From Bugula neritina (lineage: Eukaryota > Animalia > Bryozoa): 64,000 nucleotides of DNA. The notes below the pieces were generated by a model. It was not told the origin of the DNA. It did not search any database and worked only from the letters and a program-made list of their open reading frames with translations. Position 1 is the first letter of the stretch. Each line of letters begins with the position of its first letter. The translations under genes and the position numbers were made by a program. Shown in pieces: positions 38,051-50,000 of the stretch. Where the stretch lies: contig OZ037767.1 in NCBI GenBank assembly GCA_964035545.1, forward strand, positions 4,108,707-4,172,706, written 5' to 3'.

Positions 38051-39310
38051 CCATACTTACAAAAAAAATTAAACTACATGAAATCAAAATCTTTAGGTTA
38101 GGTAGGTTAAACATGCATGTATATGTGAAATTTATTGCAAAATAAATTTAGAGTTACTGTTTGTTAAAATTTCAATTTTTTTAGCCTTTAACAACGATAT
38201 AATATTTACTGAAATGAAAACCGAAGCAATTTGCATATTGATTACCATTAACACAAAGCTTATTGAAAGTCAGTAACATAATTATGGTTAGGTTATAGTC
38301 TATGATGTGCGATTAGAGTCATAACAATAGTATTGATTTATATTAGTCACAGATCTCCCAAATGATTTTACGTGTTTGTCTTCCAATAGTTCAAAGAGAG
38401 ACTGTAACAGCGAATAAAGCTATTCATCATAAGTTTAAACTAATAGAATCTTGTAAATGTTGACCTCCAACTCTTGTAACCCAGGCTTTATATTCTTATA
38501 TAGGAGGTTAGGTGCAGGAGAAAAGTAGGGGTGGTGTGTTACCGCCCCGCACTTGGTTACACATACTGGCTCTCTCATTCACACCCGTGGTATTACAACA
38601 GTCTGCTATGTAGATGTGGAGCTCTCCCCCAAAGCTACCCCAATTTGACTAAAATGACAATCATTTTGAGTGAGTTTTTTCCCCAATTAATGAAAGGTGC
38701 ATCTGTTGTTAAGTAAATATTATTTATAACATTCTCCTTAGCTATTATTTGCTGTTGTTAGTATAATATGTATGTAGCAGGCGTAGAAAAGTGGTCATTT
38801 TAATTTACTTTGCTGTGCTTTTAGTCATATATTGTTTGTAATGAATTTTTTATTATAGCACGTTTCATTATGCATCATGTTCGATTTTACATAATCACAA
38901 AATAATTCTAGAATATTTAATGTACAAACTTGACAGAATATATAACAACATTCTGAGTCATACAATTGTTTATTTTTTGTAATATTGAAGCTACTTTGTT
39001 TGCATGTGAACTTTAATGAGTGAATCATATCATCTGTATTAGTCTATACCATAAATATAGTATACTTTAAAACCACAAAGAATTTCTCTTGCTATTTTCT
39101 GTACGTTCATAATACAGTGCAAGTATCTATTTAAATAAGCGTTTTCACATACCTACACAGAGATGGGTAGTATTATGTGACTAAACCAGAAGGCTGTTGA
39201 TTGCTTGCTGTTCTTTAATGTGGCAGCATATTCCAATTATTCAGTATTCCGGATGGTAAAAGTAGTTTCTAGCAAAGTTTATATATATATAATGTAACAG
39301 GAGTTTTTAA

Positions 39311-39404
39311 CCAATCAAAGGCAAAAGTTTTATATAGGTCAATGCCTACTGGTCAATGTGAATGTATATAAAGGTAAAGCCAGAACAAAGCTGTACATAT
39401 AAAA
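39311..39404 (+). promoter_or_regulatory. Core promoter of the Kunitz type-B gene
   Basis: CCAAT 39311, GGTCAATG twice (39337, 39351), TATATAAA 39365-39372 and TATAAAA 39398-39404, upstream of ATG 39488. Confidence 0.55.
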
Positions 39405-39487
39405 GCTGAATCTGTTTACCATAACATAATATTATATACACAATCTAATAATATCACTATAACTATTATCATAACTCTACAAGAAAC

Positions 39488-42434
39488 ATGACTCAACATT
39501 CTGCTCTCGTTGTCTCTCTTCTTCTGGCTGTTGCCGGCTTGGCTTACGGATCAGGTATTAAATTTTTCTTATAGTTGAGTTTACTATAATCTGCATTGTA
39601 TATTATTCTAAAGTCTTAATTTACATTTTACACAAATTCAAATACATACGCTATGTTATTTGATCATTTGAATGAAATTACTTGAGAAACTTAGTCATAC
39701 TTTTTTTATTTCTCAACTTGAAAATTTAGTTCAGAGCAAAAATATTTAATAGATTTAGACTATAATTATGATAAAAATTGCTTCAAAGTCGATTTTGCTG
39801 TTCACACATATGGCATCTCTATTTTTGAATTAATCTAATTTGTAGCTGACAGATGAGCTATTTCTATATATAAAATCATAAAGTATTCACATATATCTTG
39901 ACTATCATCCACAGATTGTAGGTTGATGCTCCAAAAATTTAATTGATTTTAAAATAAATTTCGTGCTTATGTGGATGACATTAATGGTTGATCATAGACT
40001 TTACTGAATTATAAAACTATAGCACTAATTATTACTAATCATTGCACGCTATAATTTTTAGCTGCACTAATTTCTTAAAAGTGAATCAATTAGCAAGCCT
40101 GCAGTACAAATGCAGAAGTTTATAACTATGTTTAACCTTGACACACTCATCATACTGATTCGATGCTGCTACCTGTTTTACAGACAGACAGTGTATGCAC
40201 GAGCCAGACTCGGGACACCAAGCAGCCAATCACCAAGGGACAACCAGATACTATTACTCACCCCTTCATAAGCGGTGCAAAGAGTTCACGTTCTATGGAT
40301 CCGGCGGAAACAGAAACAATTTTGAGTGAGTGAAATCTAACATTATTCTGAATTTAGATCATATAGCTTAATTCAGAGCTGCCTTAGTACAGAGTGTGGT
40401 TTTAAAAACTTGTTTTCCAATTTTGTTTGATTTAAAAAAAAGGAGTTGAATGTATATCATTAAAACTTGTCTTTGCAAAAATTCTCAAATGCATAATTTA
40501 TCAAAACATTGGCATTTAGGTGCAGTAGGCTACTAGTAGAGAAACTTTAATATAGTCTGGGTTGTTTAATTTTCTTAATAAATTTTAGTTTGGGGCATAG
40601 GCTAAAATTCTCATGAAAATAGAACTCATTTGTTACACTATTTGTATAAAACATCTACTTTTACTATTTTTCTATTGCTTTGCCTATAATCTCTTGAACT
40701 TGGCATCGAAAGTTTTCCTCAGCATTACTTGGTTTGGAAATGTTAAAATTTTTTTAAATTTTCAATAAGCTTAATGTAAAGTAATTTAAATTTAATAGCT
40801 TTAGAAGTTACCTACTCTTTGACAAAATTGATTTGCAACAAATTAGTTTCTACTATTAAAAACTGTGAGTTTTATTTGTATATTTTACTAATAAAGGTCA
40901 ATAATTTATTAAAACAATAAACTACACATTGTTTTTGGGTCTAAATAAAAATACAAGTGTTATTAGCAGTTTTATATTAACATATTTCAATTTGATACTC
41001 ATGTTTACTAATTTGAGTTTTAATTAATTTTCATTTTTTAAGATCCGAAGAAGACTGTCGTTTCACGTGTGACGCAACCACAAATATTTGCGTATTGCCA
41101 AAGGTTGAGGGCACTGGATCAGGATCATTCACCAGATATTTTTACAACCCAAGAACTGGAAACTGCGAAGCCTTCAACTATAAAGGTTTTAATGGAAATG
41201 CAAATAAGTTTATGTAAGTTTAATTTAATATATAAAAACTCATGAAAGCTTATAGTTTATATATATATTTGTAAAAACCCCTGGTGGAAAGATTTTTACA
41301 TCGAGCCAGGGGCTCATTTTCTATTGTGGAAATAGAGCAATTTCGACTTGATGCCCTTTCTGGTATTACCAATGGTTTTTATACTGGGGTTCCAACCAAA
41401 ACCATGTAATATACATGTAAGCTTATAACTAGTAATATAATATATGTACATGTAGCAGTATAGTATAATATATATACATATATACATATAGTAATAATAT
41501 AGTATACATGTAGGTACTAGTAATATAATATGTATGTACTATAGTAATATAATATACACGTATACTAGTAATATAACATATATTATGTACTATATTAATG
41601 TTATTTACTTGCCTTAGTAAGTTAATTATATTAGAAAAATGCAAAAACCATCTAAACACACTCTTACGTAGGGATAACTGTTTCTTCACACAGACGGTTA
41701 TTCGATTGTGAAACAAGATGTCAGAGTGTGGTTAGACTAGCTTGTGAAGAACAGGAAATGATGTCAGGATACTGCCTCCACGCTATTCAGAGATGGTACT
41801 ACGACAGGCACCAGAGAACATGCAAACCCTTTGTTTATTCTGGTTGTATTGGAAATGAAAATCGTTTTGAGTAAGTCATTCGAGTCAACCCTGTTTTGTA
41901 GCATTCAGATAGATTGTATAGTTTGCAAGGACAAACTGCTTTGAAGCCCACGTTTAGATGTAAAGCTAGTTTTACCAATGTTTTTAATTTTGAAAAAGAC
42001 TGAAAGCGATGTTTAGACAATTCATAAAGTAACCAAGTGAATGTTTGAATTAAAAAATACTGCAGTGTAATGAAAAGTCATTGCTATATGTTTTATCTTA
42101 AAATTGATCAAACACTTAAAAATAACCAAATTATAAAGATATTTAATAGCCATTCTGAGTAATTTAATAGCCATCAATGTCCAATTTGAACAATAGCTAC
42201 CATTTTATCACATTTTACATTTGATCAATATCTGAAAACAATAGGCCAAATCTTATGCTATTTTCAATTTTTTATCAGACATGATGTAATTAGCAATAAT
42301 TGTTTTATTTAAAACGGCTTTTATTGTCTGATCCTGTCATTTAATTGATGCTAGTTATACCAGCAATGAGTCATCATATGTATTGGTTTCACAGGACTAA
42401 GGAAGAATGTGAGAATACCTGTGTGAGGGACTAG
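39488..42434 (+). CDS. Secreted triple-Kunitz/BPTI domain protein, type B (198 aa; 4-Cys, 4-Cys, 6-Cys domains)
   Basis: join(39488..39554,40184..40325,41043..41213,41694..41870,42395..42434), GT-AG, 597 nt: MTQHSALVVSLLLAVAGLAYGS|DRQCMHEPDSGHQAANHQGTTRYYYSPLHKRCKEFTFYGSGGNRNNF|ESEEDCRFTCDATTNICVLPKVEGTGSGSFTRYFYNPRTGNCEAFNYKGFNGNANKF|IRLFDCETRCQSVVRLACEEQEMMSGYCLHAIQRWYYDRHQRTCKPFVYSGCIGNENRF|ETKEECENTCVRD*. Internal exons 142/171/177 nt as in type A; absent from the ORF track. Confidence 0.93.
41272..41406 (-). mobile_element. SINE-like relic in type-B intron 3
   Basis: GC-richer island; minus strand has B-box-like GGTTGGAACCCC followed by CAGAAAGGGCATC, reminiscent of invertebrate tRNA-SINE bodies. 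Confidence 0.35.
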
Positions 42435-42524
42435 CTGCTACATCTCTGGAGAATATAGCTTTCACTAGCTACTGGAGCTCTGGAAATAGCTTACAAGTCT
42501 TCAAAATTTATTCTCTGTTTATAT

Positions 42525-42530
42525 AATAAA
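42525..42530 (+). terminator. Probable polyadenylation signal of the type-B Kunitz gene
   Basis: AATAAA ~90 nt after the stop, followed by T-rich sequence. Confidence 0.5.
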
Positions 42531-43176
42531 ATTAATGCACATTATATATATTTTTTATTCTCACTCTTAAATAAATTTCAACTAATGCTTGAACAAACCA
42601 CTCAGCTTTTTATGTTTTTTGCAATAGAACTTGCTAACAGCTAATGACAAATATTTTGAGGTAGGAGCAATAAATTGAGAAAATCTTGTGTTCTAGATTA
42701 AAAATGTAGTACTTTTTGTTGAGACTTTTAACAAGCTTCAAACCAAAATTTATGTGAATTATCAAAAAACCAAACTATTAAAATTTCTTCAGTACTGCAC
42801 CTATAAAATAGCATCAGCATAGATAGCTCCCATCATTTTCTATAAGTTTAATTTAGTGGTTTCAAGTTACTTTTAAAGCTTTATACGAGTATAAACTCAA
42901 ACAACTTTTATTTACATAAAAATCAAGTCCATGAAAAAACTTTAGCTGAAAATCTAGAAATTATTTCATTAATATTGCATTACAATAATTTCAATCAACA
43001 AATATGTTTTAAAAATGGCAGAGAGTTTAAAAGATTACTTTAAACCCTGAAAACTCCATTTAAATATTGTTACTTTTTCAATAATAATTATGACAGTGCA
43101 TAAATTTAATAACATCCCTCATGTTACTATATTTGATGCCAGAGATACAAATTCTAATTTTTACATTTTCTGGTTT

Positions 43177-43330
<154 letters not shown>

Positions 43331-46300
43331 CACACATGCATACATACACCTCAAATCATAAGGAAAGGCATTTTAGAGTTACATTCTCCTAGGCTATAGG
43401 CTTATATAACTCAACTTTACTGATTGTGTAGTTAATAAAGTCATACCCTAGCATTCAGAGCTCCAGCTGTTATAAAACCTGCATGAGTGATTTGTGGCAA
43501 GTATATATACAACATACTATTGTCTCCATGTAATGTTATTGTAACCTCTTCTGCTGCCTCATATATGTTTTGTATATAGGTCACCAGCTTTTTCTACTGG
43601 TCAAGTTTTTTACTTATGATTTATAATTCGAGCCTTGTTTTGCCTGTACCTGAAACTACCAAGTTGTTTTTTTGCTTCCCTTTTTAAGGGCTATTTTAAA
43701 TAATTGTCAATTATATGGCTAAACTGAATGGTGATTTAAAAATTCTTTTTCCCAGAGTTGTCCGTCCTATCCTAGAATATTATAATTTACAAGTTAGATA
43801 TTACACATATTCCAAACAAAAAATGTAAAGTAGTTTTAACAACCTTTGAAAATGGTCTGTAGCACATCTTTTTGCTATATATAATAATATGAAATATAAT
43901 AGTATGATAGTATAATATAAAATATATTATTATGAGATCAGCTTGTTTTAAGGTGGTCATAAAACCTTTTATCACTTGCACACAAAAAAATAAAAAATAA
44001 ATTATAAAAAAATTTATTGTTATAAAATGAAATACTCAACTTTTATTTTAATAAATTTTTTCATCAGTTTGAAAAGGCTAAGTTTTAATCAATCAAAATG
44101 TCCTTATCAAAACACCAATAATTTATTATTTAAAATTTTTCTTACTACATTTAAAAAAGTTCTTTTGAAACATTTATGAGTTTTCTGTCCTTCAAGTATA
44201 AAAACAACTAGTTTATTAATAGTTTGTTGGTTGTTTGTTTATTAATTCCGATGTATATTTTAAAGTGTAACCATATTTTAAGTATAACCAAAATCAAGGA
44301 TTGGACAAATTTAGTTATTGGGGGGAGTTATTCTCTTTTATTCAAAGAAAATTTTTAATTTGCAAAATCCAATATTCAGTATAGGAAAATCAATTAAGAC
44401 TGAAGTGCTTAAAAATATACGAAACTTCATTCAATTCTAATGGAAGTACAAATCTGGATTGTCTTTGTAGAAAGCAGAAAAAGTCCTTGTGAGTTTAAAA
44501 ATAATAATGCAACAGTTATACTCCTGATGCTATAAATATAAATTAGTTTTCATGGTATATTGACTCCATCTGATTTAAGTTTAGTTACATTTTTTCTGAC
44601 AGTAGAAAAATATTTACAAAGCTTTTAAAACAAGATTGCCAAAATCTTTATTGCTATGTTTTATGTGTAATAGGAAATTTTTTCTTCTTATTTATTTTAT
44701 TTACCAACAAAAAACTTTTTATCTAAGAACTAATTATAGCGTTTAAATTCTGTGAATTTTACAGCTGTTCAATAGACTCAATGTGTTGTTACCTAATTTA
44801 TGGCGTGTTTCAAATACAAGCTGTGATAATGAATGGAAATTATGATGGTATGAGTTGTGTTTTGCTTTTGCAATTTAATTAAGCTATTTATCAAATTTCT
44901 AAGTTGAAGAATCAGGAAATAGTTTTAGATTTCCTTTCATCTCTTTTAAATCTAGTTAGAAATATAATTTGAAAGTTGGTCATTTTTATCATTCACTAAC
45001 GTCAGCTTATTATTCACTAACAACCCTGTTTTCTTGCATTTGGAGTGCAGACCTCTATCATGCTTAGTGTAGACAGTGAGTGCAAGCCTGGTTATTATCT
45101 ATTATCAATACTTATAATAGCTGTTATTGTTATGTAACATAACCTAGTTATATGTAAAAGCATTTTAGGAACACTGATACAATAGTAGAAAAGTTCTGGA
45201 CAATGAATCATAGCTCTAAATATGCTTAGACATCTGGATATTGAAAAACTTTTTATTTTATTATCCTTATGAATTATGTAACTTTTCGCTTTTAACTAAC
45301 TGTATATTATTTGTGGTTGAATCCAAACAAATATATGAGAAATTGTTATTGGTGTGACTTGTTTAAAACTACAAAGTCTTTATCAATAATAAATATAATG
45401 TATATTCTCAATCATATTCCAAAAATTGCTAGTGATTTAATTAGAATTTGTACAAAATTTTAATTGAGATTGGTGATGAGCCTAAAAATAGATAGAGTAA
45501 AATCTCTCCAAGAGAAAGTTATTTTTATATGTACATAAATATAATTATAAGCTCAAAATAAGCACAGCACAACTAAATGTTATAGAATCATTTCAACATG
45601 TATAACACTTGTTACAAAGATTATTGAACATAAGCTTTCCCAAAAATAGAGTAATAAAAAATTTAAAATGTTTAAAGACATACACAACACTTTATAATGG
45701 CAAAGGTTCTGTTACTAAATTGTTCTCGCAATATCAGTTTTGAATGTACTGTAGTTATATCTTTGGAGCTACTCTTAATAAAAATGTCTGATATCACGAT
45801 GCATGCTGTGCATGAGGCTAATTCAAAAGGAAAATCAATAAGTTTTGTATAAATTGATTTCTTAACTTTAACATATCTGCACGAGCCTACTTGTAAGATA
45901 AATCATTAGCTTGGATCCTCAAAATTCATACAGTGTTTTATTAAGTAGTGTCAGATGGTCCAAAAATTTTTGCTCAAGAATCATATAAGATAGTCTACTG
46001 CTGTTATTGATTTTTCACAGCTTGTGTCCATAACTCCGTATGTGAGTTAACTGACATATGTAGGCTACTAACACAGATATAGTCAACACTGTTAAATATA
46101 CTGTAGACAGCTAAATTTTATATTATGATCTCAAGTGGCATTTTTACTTCAAACATTTTTTAATGTCATCCTGCGTAGTGGAAAGACAACTAACAAACTG
46201 TGAGCTAATCATGGGATAATTAGCTTGCCTACTTTACATGTTTAGTCAGCTTTGTAGATGCATAAGATAGAATAATATTAAATGTGAGCAAAAGGAAGCT

Positions 46301-47065
46301 TTTAATAAATGGTAGAGCTTTTCTATTTCATTGTACCAAATGCACATGCACGAAGAATCAGATAATTTTTTATTTTAAAATAACATAACCATGTAGTAGC
46401 GTCTTTCAGCCTACATAGTGCAGAAGGAGGGGATGAGTATTTACAAAGTTAATAAATACTAGTCAGTGATGAGAAGAAATTTTTCATTTGTTCTCTAATT
46501 AAACTAAATTTGGATGTTTTGCTCCTTTTACTTTGTGGTTCTAGGTGTTAGTTTTAATATGGCTTGCTTATTACAGAGCCATTACTGGATGTTGTGTGGA
46601 TGCATGAATTCATAACATACTAGGCTAATCTACAACAGCCTAATAAAATACAATATTCTATAGTATATCCAAACTCTACAACTTTATTAACTTTAAAGAG
46701 CTGATGTGCAATCGCTCAACTAGTGGTAAATGTTTTAATACCACAAATAAATTATATGCTATTCGAAAATAGAGTAGTAACATTATAAAGAAAATGTGTA
46801 TAAGATATTGCACAAACTTTTTGTAAAAGTCGTCTTTGGTAATCTATGAAAATCCATAAAAATATGATGCAATTTTTTTTTAAAAACCCAAAATATCACA
46901 TGACAAAAGTTTTATGAAACATAAAACTTTGTGTATAAAACTGTTAGTCCCTCAAAAAGCAAAATAACTTTACACTTTATATGAACGTTTAATTTTAACT
47001 CTATTTATAATCTTTCTTTGTTGAGTATTTGACAAAAATTGAAAATAAACTAAGAGATTCAAATG

Positions 47066-50000
47066 CTAGAGACTAGAATGTTTCGTTTTATATTCTGTAA
47101 CTTCTTCGAAGCTGGCATTCTCTTTACAGCTGGAGCTGTTTGAGTCGAAACTGGAAATGTCTGAATCTACGACTGTTTCACCGTAACTAGATTCTACAGT
47201 GTACACATCACACGTGTCACTTCCTGTCACCTTGTCATCAGAAGACGACCTTGACCGACAACCTTTGTAGTATATGATAGTGATGACCATCATGATAGCT
47301 GATGACATCAGAATGGATCCAGCCACAAACAGGAATACATAGTCCCATCGTTGTGTTCGATCATAAATTCCACCTGTAACAACCAGCCCAGGCATAACAT
47401 GTAGTTTATTCTGTGTATTGTTATGTATATATGGTATAACATATGATATTATCTATTATATATTACATTTTATACATCTTTATATATTGTATATTACATA
47501 TTTTGTTTTTATTATATATTACATAACATGTTACATTTTAATATATATAAAAGCTTATCACTGTAAGTATGAAACTGACTTACATGTACATGTAAAAGCA
47601 TGACATCGTACATATAAAACTTACCTGTATAAGCACTGTAAGTATAAAACTTACCTACGTACTTGTAAAAGCATAACATCGAACATGTATATAAAACTTA
47701 CCAGAAACAAAAGTAGATACTATGGATGACAGACCCTCGTAGACAAAGTTGATGGAGAGACCACTATTGAGGTTCTCTTTGCCCATTAGCTCTTCTATAG
47801 CTGCCGGTATTAAGCCAAATACAGGTATTGACAGCGCCATGATCATAATAGCAATACCTACATAATATACAGCAAAGTGAGAAGGTGTCGACGTAATAGC
47901 TACTACAGAAGAGGTGCTGATAGCTGGCAGGAGGTATCTAGTCCGAGTATGTACTATTTTTACAATAATTGAACAATAACTGTAGTAGCAGCAAATATGA
48001 TTTCATTTTTGAAAACTTGGTAAAGTTTAACATATTAGGCTGCAAACTGTCTGTATAACTATTATATTTGAAAATTTGAACCTTAGGTTTTGATTTTAAG
48101 GATACTTATTGGATCAGCATCAGCAATAGAAATTAGGTAAAAGTGTTTAATTATTCTATTGATGTTGAAGTGTTCAAGACTCAATAAGCTGATCATTCAC
48201 ACGCAATATATTACTAAAGATTCTGTGTGAAAGCATCACAGAGTTACCAACTTACCTGCCACTCCTGGAAGCACTGCGCACAGTATTCCAGATACTCCTA
48301 TTATTACAATGTTGATGGCCAGCTGAGCTGTTGGAGGAATAAATCTCTTGTCTGCCAACCAGCCTACAGCCACCCGAGCCGGGATCTCCAACCCTCCCCC
48401 AACGGCCAGTATAATTGCCACCATGTCTTTGCTTATGCCTGCAAAATTATTCGATTTATATATTTTGTTTTGTTGGTTGTACAACAGATAATGAGCTTTG
48501 CAAATTAAAAATTATATTAAAAAGAATAGTGTTATTTTACACTGTAGTTACGTACTAAATTATGTAGAGAAATAGGGCTACCCTGCAGCACTGTGGTGCT
48601 ACCCTGCAGCACTGTGGTGCTACCCTGCAGCACTGTGGGCACATAAAGAGCATCTAATAGTAATTTTTTTATTAAATTCACCCTATTCTTGTTTTACGTG
48701 CAATAGACACGGTTCAGTGATTATAGCATAAAGGGCACCTTTTTCATTATTTATTGCTCTTTTTTTTCTTTTTTCCTTGTTATATTACATTACAGAACAA
48801 TTATTAGCTAATATGATTCAATTTATGTTTACACATTTAACTAAATACTCTCTTGTTTTGCTAAAGAAAACTTGCTGAGCATATATCAAACCCTTGGCTT
48901 TTCTCATTTAACAAACACCTATACATGCAGTATTATGCCTTGGTATTGTAAGGCAGTGTTTAGACGAAAAGATTTACGCATCTTAGATAAAATATTATGT
49001 TTTATATACTATATAATATTTAGTGTATATTATATAATGCATTATTCGTACCTCTGCTTTGGGCTAACGAAGGTAGAGCCTGGAAAGCTGCAGTCACTCC
49101 AGCTATAAAGAATAGACTAGCCATTCCTATGGCCACAGACTTTGGATTGTAGCTTAACTTTAGGTTGATTGACTTGCACTACAACATGATATACACACAA
49201 CATTATGAGTGATAATGCTGTATGGAATTCTATATATTTTATTATATTATTTAGAACACAATAAATGTGTGTGTGCGTGCCTTCGTGAGTACATGCGTAC
49301 GTGCGTATTATTTACACAAACTGATGTTATCACAACGTTGTTATAAAGAACTTTATCTTTACCTTATTATATGGTAATTGATTTGTTAAAAAATACAAAA
49401 AAGTAATTTAAAGGAGATGACTCACTAAACCACATGATGACTTTTTCGTTGCTGTATTTTCATTGGTTGCAGACACCTCAGCTTCGTCAGCCGACTCTAT
49501 CTCTGCTTCTGCTGCCGCTGCTGCCACTTTTTTTGCTGTTTCTATTGAAGCATTTTCTGATGGAATGCTTTCCACTTCTCTTACCAGTTGTTTGGTCGGA
49601 CGGGGGATGTAGTAGGATATTGGTCTGAGCAAAGCCGCCAACACCAGAGTCTGAAGGCATACTCCAGCTACAACAATGTTTTCTAATGTTTAGTAAAACA
49701 GAACTGAAAAAATCATAATTTTGTTGTTATAAAATGCTTTTGTTTAATTTCCTGCTTATTTTGCATAATAAATGTAAGTCTGTGTATAAAGAACAACCTT
49801 GGTGACACATCTACACGCAGTTGCACTAATTATCATTTATATATAAGTTTTAAATCTATGGAGCTCAAAACAAATATAAATGACAATGCTTTTGATTTTT
49901 AGAATTGGTAAATCTGAAAAAACTAAAGCTTTACAAATTCAGGAATTAGAGAAATTTTAACACGTTTCAATGATGATTATTTATATTTTAAGTCACCCAT

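Noticed and set aside
48577-48638. CRISPR-like direct repeats
   Set aside because: No spacers, no cas genes, and located in a eukaryotic intron.
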